Assembly: GCA_963818475.1 (NCBI GenBank)
Contig: CAWFSF010000002.1
Location: 416,001 to 480,000 of the forward strand
Direction of reading: 5' to 3'
From: Nitrospirota bacterium
Lineage (GTDB): Bacteria > Nitrospirota > UBA9217
DNA length: 64,000 bases
Part shown: positions 39,635 through 50,266 of the stretch, in pieces
Layout: every line of letters starts with the position of its first letter
Position numbering within the stretch: the first letter of the stretch is position 1
Translations under genes and position numbers: made by a program
The notes under the pieces: generated by a model
Seen by the model: the letters and a program-made list of their open reading frames with translations, nothing else
Told to the model about the DNA's origin: nothing
Databases searched by the model: none

Positions 39635-40855
39635 TTAGAAGTATTCTCCCATCCATTTCGAGACTTTGGTCAAGATCCCGGTGCCCCTGAATTTCCGCGG
39701 CGCCTCTCGCTGGTTCGCCGCGCCGTACAGCACCAGCCCGACGCCGGTGGAGTAGACCGGGCTGTTCACGACATCCATGAGGCCCCCGATGTTCTTCGGC
39801 GTTCCGCGCCGCACCGGCAGCCCGATAAAGCGCTCGGCCGCCTCCTGCAGCCCCTCGAGCAGGGCGACCCCGCCGGTAAGGACGATGCCCGATGCGCACA
39901 TATCCTCGTACCCGGTCTTTTTGAGCCGCTGCTGGATCATGCCGAAAAGCTCTTCCACGCGCGGCTCGATGATCTCGCACAGGATCTGGCGGGACAGGAG
40001 ACGCGGCGGCCTGCCGCCCACGCTCGGCACATCAAGGGTCTCTTCGTGCTTCACGAGCGACGACAGCGCGCACCCGTATTTGATCTTGATCTTCTCGGCC
40101 TCCGACGCGGGCGTGCGCAACCCGATGGCGATGTCATTGGTCAGGTGGTTGCCGCCGATGGGAAGCACTTCGGTATGCCAGAGGCTTCCCTCGAGGAAGA
40201 TCGCCATATCGGTCGTTCCGCCGCCGATGTCGACGACGACCACGCCCAGGTCCTGCTCCTCGGCGGTCAGCACGGCGCGGCTCGACGCCAGCGGCTGCAG
40301 CACCAGATCGTTGACCTGGAGACCGGCGCGGGAGCAGCTCTTGACGATGTTCTGGATCGAGGTGACGGCGCCGCTGATGATGTGCACCTTGACGTCGAGC
40401 CGCACCCCGGACATGCCGAGGGGGTCCTTGATCCCGTCCTGGTCGTCGATGATGAATTCCTGCGGCAGCACGTGCAGCACCTGCTGGTCCATGGGGATGT
40501 TCACGGCCCGGGCGCCGTCGATGGCGCGCGCCACGTCGGCCTGGCCCACTTCCTTGTTCTTGATCGCCGCGACCCCGCGGGAGTTGAGGCCCTTGATATG
40601 GCCGCCGGAAACGCCGACATAGACGGAGTTGATCTCCACGCCGGCCATCAGCTCGGCCTCGTGCACGGCCTTCCGGATGGACTCGACCGTGCTGTCGATG
40701 TTCACGACCACACCCTTCTTCAGTCCATGGGAGGGGCTGATGCCGATCCCGATGATGTCCACCTGACCGTCGTCCTTTACCTCGCCCACGATGGCGCAGA
40801 CCTTGGTCGTCCCCAGATCGAGCCCTACCAGCACATTATCCTGCTTTTTTACCAC
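39635..40855 (-). CDS. ftsA: Cell division protein FtsA
   Basis: GLDLGTTKV, DIGGGTT, LTGG, C-terminal amphipathic WMGEYF. Confidence 0.97.
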   Translation of the reverse strand: MVKKQDNVLVGLDLGTTKVCAIVGEVKDDGQVDIIGIGISPSHGLKKGVVVNIDSTVESIRKAVHEAELMAGVEINSVYVGVSGGHIKGLNSRGVAAIKNKEVGQADVARAIDGARAVNIPMDQQVLHVLPQEFIIDDQDGIKDPLGMSGVRLDVKVHIISGAVTSIQNIVKSCSRAGLQVNDLVLQPLASSRAVLTAEEQDLGVVVVDIGGGTTDMAIFLEGSLWHTEVLPIGGNHLTNDIAIGLRTPASEAEKIKIKYGCALSSLVKHEETLDVPSVGGRPPRLLSRQILCEIIEPRVEELFGMIQQRLKKTGYEDMCASGIVLTGGVALLEGLQEAAERFIGLPVRRGTPKNIGGLMDVVNSPVYSTGVGLVLYGAANQREAPRKFRGTGILTKVSKWMGEYF

Positions 40856-41006
40856 GGCGCACCCTCCCTGATCGTAACTGCCAAGGTATTTTGGCTGAAG
40901 ACTGAAGGCTGAAGATGGCAACTATCGGCCGCCTTAAATTCCTTTTATGTGGCCTCGCGCGATTTGCGCTTAACAACCTTCCACCTTCAGCCTATCTACC
41001 TGAATA

Positions 41007-41904
41007 CTATTTGCCCTTGCCCCGCGGACTGTTCCCCTTGACCGGTGACCCGCTGCCCGGAGCTTTTACGGTCATCACCGCTGCCTGACGCTCGGGACGC
41101 AGGTCGACGTAAGCGATGGTAAGGCCGCGCTGCTGTATGTCGCTCAGGATCTCACCCAGCCGCCTGAGCTTTTCCGTATAGTTGCCGCTGCCGATCCTGA
41201 ACTCATGTCCGTTGTACACCACGGCAAGCGTTTCAGCCGAATTCGCCCTGACCGTAATGTCGGCCGCTCTCCATCCGCCGCGGCGTGCGATCTCCTGCAG
41301 CAGCGCCAACGCCTCGGTCAGCACACCTGAATCCACCGGATGTCCTGGCTGCAGCCGGCAGCCGCTGATCGAAACGTTCGGCAAGACCTGCCCATCTGCC
41401 GCCGCCGCGGACTCCCGGACGATTACCACGCCCTCGTCGTCGATGAGGTAGCGCTCCGCTGCCGCTGTCGAGCACGGCAACGGGTGTCCGTTCGGATAGC
41501 GTCATGCTGATGCGGTTCGGCAAATGCCGGTGGAGCCGCACGTCCAGAACCCAGGGAAGCGCGCGGGCACGCTGCGCGGCTTCATCGAGGCTTACTTTGA
41601 AAATGCTCTGGCCGGTGAAAGCGCCGGCAATGTTCTGCAGCTCGTCTTTGCTCAGATGCCGGGCGCCGGTCACATCGACACCGGCGACCTGAAAGGTCTC
41701 GCTGTGCGCTGCCCATTGATACCCGATCCACGCAAGGTAACAGCCTCCGGTCACGAGCACGACCACCATGACCCTGATCAGCGCGGCCACCAGGCCGGAC
41801 GGTTCCCTCCGCGGTCCGCGGCCCACCGACACCCGCTTGACGGTCGTCCGTGGATTTCGTGAGCGGTACGATCTCGGTACCTTTACGTTCTTATAATCAC
41901 GCAT
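41007..41904 (-). CDS. ftsQ: Cell division protein FtsQ/DivIB (frameshift ~41460)
   Basis: TM plus POTRA (LPWV..PNRI..ERTP), C-terminal YVDLR; dcw position. Confidence 0.85.
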
Positions 41905-41908
41905 GGGC

Positions 41909-42043
41909 AATTTCGGATTGCGGATTTCGGATTTCGGATTTGTACATCAAAAAGACACCTTTCCTTTCGCAATCCGCATTCCGCATCTCCCCATCAGGAC
42001 TTCCAGTTCACATTCCGCAATCCGCAATCCGAAATCCGCAATT
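41909..42043. repeat. Heptamer (ATCCGCA/ATCCGAA) inverted tandem repeat
   Basis: cggattgcggatttcggatttcgg ... tccgcaatccgcaatccgaaatccgcaat; also 7726-7760, 35111-35243, 46476-46507, 47661-47678, 56536-56645. Confidence 0.8.
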
Positions 42044-42959
42044 AGAGTGCCAGTCTCAAGATCTCCTCCACCAGGTCCGGGAAGGAGATCCCCGCTCCCC
42101 GGGCGATATCGGGCAGCAGGCTCGTGGCGGTCATGCCCGGCAGCGTGTTCACCTCGAGGATGTAGGGCGCGCCGCTTTCATCGATGATGAAATCGACCCT
42201 GCTGTAGCCCCGGCAGCCAAGAGCGCGGTGCGCGTTCAATCCCGCTTCGAGCACCCCTTCGTAGGCCTCTTTATCGATCCTGGCCGGGAAGAAGTGGTCC
42301 GACATCCCCTGTTTGTATTTTGATTCGTAGTCATAGAAGACATTCTTCGGCACGATCTCGATCGCGCCGAGCGCGCGGTCCCCCAAGACCCCGACCTGGA
42401 CTTCTTTCCCCCTGATGTATTTCTCCACCAGGATCTCCCGGTCATACTGGAATGCCAGGTCCGCTGCGGGCCTGAGCTCTTCGTGCGCATACACCAGGCT
42501 CACGCCGACGCTCGAACCTTCGGAACTCGGTTTGACCACCACGGGATAGCTCATGACCGACGGCACTTCATTCAGCTGCTCCCGCTTGCGGGCATCGACG
42601 ACCAGGTACGGGCCGACCAGGAGGCCGTGGTTTTTGAACACCATCTTGGAAATGATCTTGTTCATTCCCATGGCGCTCGCGAGGATGCCCGAACCGGTGC
42701 AAGGGATGCCGGCGATCTCAAGCAGCCCCTGGATGGCACCGTCCTCGCCGTACTTGCCGTGCAGGCCGTTGAACGCGACCTCAATGCCTGCTTTCCGGAC
42801 CTGTTCCCCCGCATCCCTGCCCACGTCGATGGCCACCGCGTTGTAGCCTTTTTCCCGAAGCGCCGCAAGGATGGCCTTCCCCGTGGAGAGCGAGACCTCG
42901 CGCTCCGACGAAAGCCCGCCCATAAGTACGCCGATTTTTTTATTCGTCACCAAGGCCAT
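42042..42959 (-). CDS. ddl: D-alanine--D-alanine ligase
   Basis: GGLSSEREVS, LHGKYGEDG, EGSSVG, EVNTLPGMT. Confidence 0.96.
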   Translation of the reverse strand: MALVTNKKIGVLMGGLSSEREVSLSTGKAILAALREKGYNAVAIDVGRDAGEQVRKAGIEVAFNGLHGKYGEDGAIQGLLEIAGIPCTGSGILASAMGMNKIISKMVFKNHGLLVGPYLVVDARKREQLNEVPSVMSYPVVVKPSSEGSSVGVSLVYAHEELRPAADLAFQYDREILVEKYIRGKEVQVGVLGDRALGAIEIVPKNVFYDYESKYKQGMSDHFFPARIDKEAYEGVLEAGLNAHRALGCRGYSRVDFIIDESGAPYILEVNTLPGMTATSLLPDIARGAGISFPDLVEEILRLAL

Positions 42960-42965
42960 AATAGT

Positions 42966-43094
42966 GAAATTCCAAATACCAAAGTTCAAATCCCAAATAA
43001 TATCGAAACGCCAAGACCCAATGTACGAAACGCTTTATTTTCCTTTTGGTGCTTGGAGCTTATTTGAGATTTCGTGCTTGGTTTTTGGAATTTG
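42966..43094. repeat. AT-rich CCAAAT/TTGG heptamer-type inverted repeat
   Basis: aaattccaaataccaaagttcaaatcccaaat / ttggtgcttgg..cttggtttttggaattt. Confidence 0.6.
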
Positions 43095-43100
43095 TCCCTC

Positions 43101-44009
43101 CTATTCTTCTCCGAGGATCTTGATCTCCGGCTCAAGCCGCGCGCCGTGCACATCGAGCACGGTTTGCTTCACGATCTCCATGAGCGACAGAACATCGGCA
43201 GCCGTTGCCTTGCCGGTGTTCACGATGAAGTTCGCATGCTTTTCCGAGACCTGCGCGCCGCCCACGGTCTTGCCCTTGAGCCCTGCGCTTTCGATCAGCT
43301 TGCCGGCCGACTCGTCAAGCGGGTTTTTGAATATGGAACCGGCGTTCGGCAACCCCCAGGGCTGCCGCTCCTTCCGCTTGTCCATGAGCGCCTTGACCTT
43401 CGCTTCTATTTTGTTCTTCTCATCGTGTCGCAGCTGCAAGAGGGCGCTCAGCACGACGTGGCCCGCAGGAACACTTGCGCTCCGGTACCCGAAGCCCATC
43501 TCTTCTTTGCTCCGGGTTGCAAGCTCCCCGCCGGGGGTGAGCAGGGTCACGGTCTCGACCACATCTCCCATCTCCCCCTCGGCAGTGCCTGCGTTCATGC
43601 AGACCGCGCCGCCGAGGGTGCCGGGAATGCCGGTCGCAAATTCGAGTCCCGTCAGCGCCGCGTTGGCGGTGAAGGAGATCACTTTCGCGAGCGCAGCGCC
43701 CGCTTCCGCGTAAACGACCGCATAGGTGCCGCCCAGGGAGCGGTATTCCCGCTCGACCTTGACCGCGTTCAGGCGCCGCAGGCTGATCACGACGCCGCGA
43801 AACCCGCCGTCCCGCACCAGAACGTTCGTGCCTCCGCCCAGAACGACGGAGTTCAGCTCCTGCGCCCTGATCTCCCGAAGCAGCGCCACCAGATCAGCAG
43901 TGTCCGCGGGATAGACCAGCAGGTCCGCCGGACCGCCGATGCCGAAGGACGTGTGCCTGCTCAGCGGTTCGTTCCGCAGGACCTCTCCCTTAATGTTTTT
44001 TATCTCCAT
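43101..44009 (-). CDS. murB: UDP-N-acetylenolpyruvoylglucosamine reductase
   Basis: [34 protein letters not shown]. Confidence 0.96.
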   Translation of the reverse strand: MEIKNIKGEVLRNEPLSRHTSFGIGGPADLLVYPADTADLVALLREIRAQELNSVVLGGGTNVLVRDGGFRGVVISLRRLNAVKVEREYRSLGGTYAVVYAEAGAALAKVISFTANAALTGLEFATGIPGTLGGAVCMNAGTAEGEMGDVVETVTLLTPGGELATRSKEEMGFGYRSASVPAGHVVLSALLQLRHDEKNKIEAKVKALMDKRKERQPWGLPNAGSIFKNPLDESAGKLIESAGLKGKTVGGAQVSEKHANFIVNTGKATAADVLSLMEIVKQTVLDVHGARLEPEIKILGEE

Positions 44010-45378
44010 GCGTCAGCCCCTCCAGTGTCTGTTCTCCCAGCTTCCACACGTCGCCGGCCCCGAGCGTGATAAGGAGGTCGCCCTTTTTGAGCGCCTCCAC
44101 GAGGTGCGGCACGATCTTGTCCCGGTCCGGGAGGAACGTCACGTCCTTGTGCCCGTACTTCTTGATGCCCTCGAAGAGCGCCTGGCCAGAAACGCCGGGG
44201 ATCGGCTTCTCACCGGCGGCGTAGATATCCATGATAATGAGCTTGTCCGCCTGGTTGAAGGACGTGAAGAACTCCTGGAGCAGATGCTGCGTCCGGGTGT
44301 AGCGGTGCGGCTGGAACACGACCACGACGCGGCGCTCCAACCCTGCTGCAGCGGCAGCCAGCGTGGCCCTGACCTCGGTGGGGTGGTGGCCGTAATCGTC
44401 CACAACGATGATGCCGTTCACCTCACCCTTGATCTGGAACCGCCGCTGCACGCCGGCGAACTCCTTGAGCGCCTTGCGGATCGTTTCAAGCTCCACCTCC
44501 AGCTCCCGGGCGACCGCGATGGCCGCCAGGCTGTTATTGATGTTATGCACGCCCGGCACCGACAGTTCGAACCAGCCCAGGTCCTGGCCGAGATGGACGA
44601 CCTTGAACCGGGACCCCAGCGGCTTGAGCGCGATGTCCCTGGCCTGGTAATCCGCCTGGGAGCTCATGCCGTAGGTCTGGTAGCGCTTCTGGACCGACTG
44701 GATGAGCGCCTGGATATGCGGCTGGTCCAGACAGAGGATCGCGACGCCGTAAAAGGGCACCTTGTTGATGAAGGTGAGGAATGCGTCCTTGATCTCCGCG
44801 ATGTCCTTATAGTAGTCGAGGTGCTCCTCGTCGATGGTCGTGACCACCGCGATGGTGGGCGAAAGCTTGAGAAAGCTGCCGTCGCTCTCGTCCGCTTCGG
44901 CCACCAGGAACTCGCCCTGGCCCAGCTTGGCATTGGACCCGCCCAGGCTGTTCAGCTTGCCGCCGATGACGACGGTGGGGTCGATGCCGCCCGCCGCCAG
45001 CACGGTCGCTACCATCGAGGTCGTCGTGGTCTTGCCGTGCGCGCCTGCGATGGCGACACCGTACTTCAGGCGCATGAGCTCTGCCAGCATCTCCGCCCGC
45101 GGGATCACCGGCACCTGCTGTTCCCGCGCCGCGATCACTTCGACGTTGTCGTTCTTGACCGCCGAAGAGATGACGACCACGTGCGGCGAGGTGACGTTCT
45201 CAGCACGGTGGCCGATGGCGATCTCGCCGCCGAGCTTCCGCAGCCGCTCCGTGATGTCCGACTCCTTCATGTCCGATCCCGAGACCTTGTACCCGAGGTT
45301 CAGGAGCACTTCGGCAATGCCGCTCATGCCGATGCCGCCGATGCCGACGAAATGAATGTGTTTAATTTTTTTGAACAT
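43990..45378 (-). CDS. murC: UDP-N-acetylmuramate--L-alanine ligase
   Basis: [32 protein letters not shown]. Confidence 0.97.
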   Translation of the reverse strand: MFKKIKHIHFVGIGGIGMSGIAEVLLNLGYKVSGSDMKESDITERLRKLGGEIAIGHRAENVTSPHVVVISSAVKNDNVEVIAAREQQVPVIPRAEMLAELMRLKYGVAIAGAHGKTTTTSMVATVLAAGGIDPTVVIGGKLNSLGGSNAKLGQGEFLVAEADESDGSFLKLSPTIAVVTTIDEEHLDYYKDIAEIKDAFLTFINKVPFYGVAILCLDQPHIQALIQSVQKRYQTYGMSSQADYQARDIALKPLGSRFKVVHLGQDLGWFELSVPGVHNINNSLAAIAVARELEVELETIRKALKEFAGVQRRFQIKGEVNGIIVVDDYGHHPTEVRATLAAAAAGLERRVVVVFQPHRYTRTQHLLQEFFTSFNQADKLIIMDIYAAGEKPIPGVSGQALFEGIKKYGHKDVTFLPDRDKIVPHLVEALKKGDLLITLGAGDVWKLGEQTLEGLTHGDKKH

Positions 45379-46439
45379 AGTCTCTGCAGATGCCTGCGAT
45401 CTCCTCCGCCGCCGTGTTCGCCAGCGGTTGCACCGATGGCGCTTCTGTTCCGGCATATTTTTGTATCACTGCTGCGAGCTTCTCCGCCGTCAGTTCCGGC
45501 TGCAGCACCACCTCGGCTGCGCCGCGGGCCGCCAGGGTCCTCGCGTTATGCTCCTGATGATTGTCCGCGGCAAAAGGGAACGGGACCAGCACGGCCCGCT
45601 TTCCGCACACGGCGAGCTCCGCCACCGTGGTGGCGCCGGAGCGCGAGACCACCAGGTCCGCCACAGCATAGGCGCCTGCCATGTCAACGACATAGGGCAG
45701 CACGACCGCCTTCACGCCCGCCTCGCGGTATCCGGCGGCCACGTCGGCAACGTCGGCGGCCCCGGTCTGATGCAGTATCTGAAGGTTGGCGAGTCCTGCT
45801 CAGGTTCTGCGCCGCTTCCTTCATGGCCATGTTGATGGCATGGGCGCCGCCGCTTCCGCCCATGACGAAGACCGTGAACCTCCCGGGATCCAGTCCGAAA
45901 TCAAGAAGCGCCTTCCCGCGGTCGCCCTGATCAATGCCCTTGCGCACCAGCGGTCCGGCATGGACGGTCTTCTGCTTCGGAAAGAATTGCTGACGGTCCG
46001 TGCCGGGAAAACAGAGCACCACCTTCCGGGCCAGCCTGCCGAGCACGCGGTTCGCCAGACCGGCATAGGAGTTCGGCTCGATGATAAGGAGCGGCCTGCG
46101 GCTGAGCCAGGCCGCAAGCGCCACGGGCCCCGATGCGTAGCCGCCGACGCCGATCACCACGTCCGGATTCACTTCCCGCAGCAGGAGCAGTGACTGCAGA
46201 ATGCTCCGCGGCAGCGTAATGAGGGTCTTCAGCGTCGAGACCAGCTTCATTCCCTTGAGCTTGCCCACGCTGATGAAGCGCAGCGGCAGCCCTTCTCCGG
46301 GCAGCACCCGCGCCTCGATGCCCTGCTCGGTTCCCACGAACAGGACCTCGTTGCCGGGCTGGTGCAGCAGTTCCCGGGCAATAGCGATCCCCGGATAGAG
46401 ATGCCCCCCCGTTCCCCCGCCCGCAATGATCACCTTCAT
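45362..46439 (-). CDS. murG: MurG glycosyltransferase (frameshift ~45740-45800)
   Basis: GGGTGGH, GGYAS, GGSGGA, RSGATT..EL, HQ..NA. Confidence 0.92.
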
Positions 46440-46511
46440 GCCTTTGCCTGCTTTTTTTTCTTCGTCTTGGTTGTCATTCCGCAATCCGAAATCCGCAATC
46501 CGCAATGCATC

Positions 46512-47621
46512 TCAGGTTTCCCTCGAAATATTCAACAGCACTCCCAGCGCCCCCAGGGTGATCACCAGCGACGAACCGCCGTAGCTGACCAGCGGCAGCG
46601 CAATGCCCTTGGTCGGGAACATGCCGGTAACGACGGCCATGTTCATGAGCGCCTGGAGGCAGACCAGGAGCGTAATGCCGAACGCCAGCATCCGGCTGAA
46701 ACGCTCGCCCGCCGCAAGTGCGATCCGCAGGCCGCGCCACAGGAGGAACAGGAACAGGGCGAGCACCGCAAGCGCGCCGATCAATCCGAGCTCCTCGCCG
46801 ATCACGGCATAGATGAAATCCGAGTGGCGCTCCGGCAGGAAGAGCAGCTTCTGCCGACCCTCGCCGAGCCCCCGGCCGAAAATGCCGCCGCTGCCGAAGG
46901 CGAGGAACGACTGGATGATCTGATGTCCGGCACCCTGGGGGTCGGCCCAGGGATCGAGGAACGAGAAGATCCGCCGCGCCCGGTAGGCCTTGTGGAACAC
47001 GGCAATATAGATAAAGGGCAGCGCCGCAAGAACGGTCGCGCCAAGATGCAGAACATTCGCTCCTCCGGCAAAAAGCATGATGCCCGCGACCAGGGCGATC
47101 GTCATGGTCGTTCCGAAATCCGGCTGGAGCACCGCCGTTGCCATGAACAGACCGGCCACGACGTAGGCGGGTGTGATGCCGTTCATGAAATCTCTTATGC
47201 GTTCGCCCTTCTTTGCAATATAATAGCTCAGATAGACAACCAGAGCGACCTTGGCGAGCTCCGAGGGCTGGAACGAGAGCATGCCGAGCCGCAGCCACCG
47301 GCTCGAACCATTGACCGTCCGCCCGATGCCGGGCACCAGCGTCGCCGCCAGCAGCAGCAGCGATGCAAGCAGGATCGCCACGACGACCCGCTGTTCTCCG
47401 AGCCAGCGGTGGTCCATGCGCATGGTGATCGCCATGACCAGAAGCCCGCCAACGGCCCACAGAAGCTGGCGCCGTGCAAAGAACGCCGCGTCGTCGTAGC
47501 TCGTGAGCGCGACCACGCTGCTCGAACTGTAGACCATCACCACGCTGATGATGATAAGCCCCAGGATCGCTGCGAAGAGCGGGCTGTCGTAATGGCCTCG
47601 TTGTGTCGCTGCGATCTGCAT
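46512..47621 (-). CDS. ftsW: Peptidoglycan polymerase FtsW
   Basis: RWL..FQPSELAK, QPDFGT, LPERHSDFI, SYGGSS. Confidence 0.96.
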   Translation of the reverse strand: MQIAATQRGHYDSPLFAAILGLIIISVVMVYSSSSVVALTSYDDAAFFARRQLLWAVGGLLVMAITMRMDHRWLGEQRVVVAILLASLLLLAATLVPGIGRTVNGSSRWLRLGMLSFQPSELAKVALVVYLSYYIAKKGERIRDFMNGITPAYVVAGLFMATAVLQPDFGTTMTIALVAGIMLFAGGANVLHLGATVLAALPFIYIAVFHKAYRARRIFSFLDPWADPQGAGHQIIQSFLAFGSGGIFGRGLGEGRQKLLFLPERHSDFIYAVIGEELGLIGALAVLALFLFLLWRGLRIALAAGERFSRMLAFGITLLVCLQALMNMAVVTGMFPTKGIALPLVSYGGSSLVITLGALGVLLNISRET

Positions 47622-47681
47622 TCAGGGCTCCCGTTCCAACCTTCGCCTTGCCTTCATCTTAATCCGCAATCCGCATTGCCA

Positions 47682-49052
47682 TTACAGCTTCTTCACCGCT
47701 TCCTTGAACTTCCGGCCCCGGTCCTCGAAATCCTTGAACATGTCGAAGCTCGCGCAGGCCGGCGACAGCAGCACCACGTCGCCTAACGCTGCCTGTTCTG
47801 CTGCGATCCGAACCGCTTCCTCCAGGGAGGCAGCGCGCACGGTATCGGTCGCGCTGCCAAGCGCCTCTTCCATCTTGTCTGCGGCCTTGCCGATCAGGAT
47901 CAGCAGTTTCACCTTTTCGGCAAAGAGGTTGTAGAGCGGGCTGAAATCGCTTCCCTTGTCGAGTCCGCCGGCGATCAGGATGACCGGGTGCGTGAAGCCT
48001 TCGACGGACTTCACCACGGCGCCGACGTTCGTGCCCTTGGAATCGTTGATATAGGTGACGCCGTTCCGCTTGCGCACGAACTCAAGCCGGTGCTCGAGCC
48101 CGGGATATTCTTTCAGCACGGCCGCGACCGATGCGATGTCCGCACCGGCGATGAGCGACAAGGCCGCGGCTGCCAGGGCATTCTCGAGATTATGCACTCC
48201 TTTTATCCTGATCTCGTCGGTCCGGATAACGCGCTGGTTGTTAAACAGGAGATAGCCGTCCAGAACGCAGGCGCCGGGGTTGAACCGAAGCAGCCGCGAA
48301 AAAGGGACGATCGTGGCAGCCGTCCGCTGTGCGAACGCCTTCACCTCGGGATCGTCATAGTTCAGCACCAGGACATCGTCCTTCTGCTGGTTCATGAACA
48401 CGCGCGCCTTGGCTTCGCTGTACTCGGCCAGGTCGTGGTACCGGTCGAGATGGTCCTGGGTCACGTTCAGTATCGCGGCAACGCGGGGCCTGAACGTTTC
48501 GATGTCCTCCAGCTGGAAGCTTGACAGCTCGGCCACGATCCAGTCCTGGCCCCGAAGCAGTGCGACATCCTCGGTCAACGCATTGCCGATGTTCCCTGCC
48601 ACGAGGACCTTCTTTCCCGCCTTCGCCAGCATGAGCCCCACCAGGGTCGTGACCGTGGACTTGCCGTTCGTGCCGGTGATGCCGATGTAGGGAGACTCCG
48701 ACAGCAGCCACGCGAGCTCAAGTTCGCTGATCACGGGAACGCCCTTCTCGCGCGCCTTCAGGATCGGCGCGATCTTCGGCACGCCGGGGCTGAGCACGAT
48801 CAGGTCCGTTTCAAGGAAGATGCGCTCCGGGTGGCCGCCTGCCTCGACAACGATGCGGCTGATGCCCAGGGCCGTTACCTGCGCTGCCAGCTCCGCAAGC
48901 GGTTTTTTGTCCGTAATGGTCACCTGCGCGCCGAGCGCGTCGAGCGCGCGAGCTGCCGCAATGCCGCTCCGGGCCATGCCCACCACCGTTACCCGTTTAT
49001 CCTTAAAGTTCACCGCCACGTTTCCTCCGCCGTTACAGCTTTTTTCAGTCAT
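47682..49052 (-). CDS. murD: UDP-MurNAc-L-Ala--D-glutamate ligase
   Basis: GTNGKST, ELSSFQL, DSKGTN, SPACASFD. Confidence 0.96.
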   Translation of the reverse strand: MTEKSCNGGGNVAVNFKDKRVTVVGMARSGIAAARALDALGAQVTITDKKPLAELAAQVTALGISRIVVEAGGHPERIFLETDLIVLSPGVPKIAPILKAREKGVPVISELELAWLLSESPYIGITGTNGKSTVTTLVGLMLAKAGKKVLVAGNIGNALTEDVALLRGQDWIVAELSSFQLEDIETFRPRVAAILNVTQDHLDRYHDLAEYSEAKARVFMNQQKDDVLVLNYDDPEVKAFAQRTAATIVPFSRLLRFNPGACVLDGYLLFNNQRVIRTDEIRIKGVHNLENALAAAALSLIAGADIASVAAVLKEYPGLEHRLEFVRKRNGVTYINDSKGTNVGAVVKSVEGFTHPVILIAGGLDKGSDFSPLYNLFAEKVKLLILIGKAADKMEEALGSATDTVRAASLEEAVRIAAEQAALGDVVLLSPACASFDMFKDFEDRGRKFKEAVKKL

Positions 49053-49085
49053 CGCATCGTTAAGACTACATCACAAATCTTTTTT

Positions 49086-49162
49086 ACCACGGAATCACGG
49101 AGACACGGAGAAATGCCAGTTCTTTTAGCTTGTTCTTCTCCGTGCCTCCGTGTCTCCGTGGT
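49086..49162. repeat. CACGGAG-family element (minimal/empty copy)
   Basis: accacggaatcacggagacacggagaa / ttctccgtgcctccgtgtctccgtggt. Confidence 0.85.
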
Positions 49163-49183
49163 AGATCATGCTTTTTTAAAATT

Positions 49184-50266
49184 TTACCGCAGCTTCAGCG
49201 TGCTGATCGACACCAGCGCCAGGATGATGCCGGCGATCCAGAAACGCACGATCACCTTGGACTCGGGCCACCCGATCTGCTCGAAATGATGGTGCATGGG
49301 CGCCATCCTGAAGATCCGCTTGCCCCGCAGCTTGTACGAGCCGACCTGCAGCACCACCGAAAGCGTCTCGGCAACGAAGATGCCGCCGGTGACCACCAGG
49401 ATCAGTTCATGTTTGGTCACCACGGCCAGGGTGCCGAGCGCGGCTCCCAGCGAGAGCGAACCCACATCGCCCATGAACACCTCGGCAGGATGGGCGTTGT
49501 ACCACAGGAACCCGAGGCTCGCGCCGAGCAGGGCGCCGCAGAAGATCACGAGCTCGCCGCTGCCGGGGATATACAGGATCTTCAGATAGTCGGCGATCAC
49601 GCGGTTCCCGCCCAGGTAGACGAGCACGGCGTTGGCCGTTGCCGCAATGCCCACGAGGCCGATGGCCAGGCCGTCGAGGCCGTCGGTCAGGTTCACGGCG
49701 TTCGACGATCCCACGATCACGACCACGACAAAGGGGATATAGAACCAGCCCAGGTCTAGAAGTACGCGCTTCATGAACGGCACCGAGAGATAGGTGTTGT
49801 TCGGATCGCCCGGATTATAATAGAGGAAGAACCCGATGGCGAGCGCCGCTGCGATCTGCAGTCCGAACTTCTCCCGGGCCCGGAGGCCCGTGGATCGTTT
49901 TTTTACGACCTTGCGGTAATCGTCCCAGAACCCGATGGCACCGAAGGAGAGGGTGGCAAAGAGCACCACCCAGACATACTTGTTCGTCAGGTCGGACCAC
50001 AGCAGGGCCGAGCCTGCCAGCGCGGCGATGATGAGCAGGCCGCCCATGGTCGGCGTGCCCTGCTTGCTGAGATGGCTCTGGGGCCCGTCGTCCCTGACAT
50101 GCTGCCCCACTTTGAGCCTCCGGAGCCAGGAGATCATGGGCTTGCCGAAGACGAAGCAGATGATAAGCGCGGTCAGGACCGCCCCGGCGCTGCGGAAGGT
50201 GATGTACTTGAAGACATTGAATCCGGAGAACTGGTTGCGCAGCGGGTAAAGCAGATGATAGAGCAT
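49184..50266 (-). CDS. mraY: Phospho-N-acetylmuramoyl-pentapeptide transferase
   Basis: [33 protein letters not shown]. Confidence 0.97.
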   Translation of the reverse strand: MLYHLLYPLRNQFSGFNVFKYITFRSAGAVLTALIICFVFGKPMISWLRRLKVGQHVRDDGPQSHLSKQGTPTMGGLLIIAALAGSALLWSDLTNKYVWVVLFATLSFGAIGFWDDYRKVVKKRSTGLRAREKFGLQIAAALAIGFFLYYNPGDPNNTYLSVPFMKRVLLDLGWFYIPFVVVVIVGSSNAVNLTDGLDGLAIGLVGIAATANAVLVYLGGNRVIADYLKILYIPGSGELVIFCGALLGASLGFLWYNAHPAEVFMGDVGSLSLGAALGTLAVVTKHELILVVTGGIFVAETLSVVLQVGSYKLRGKRIFRMAPMHHHFEQIGWPESKVIVRFWIAGIILALVSISTLKLR

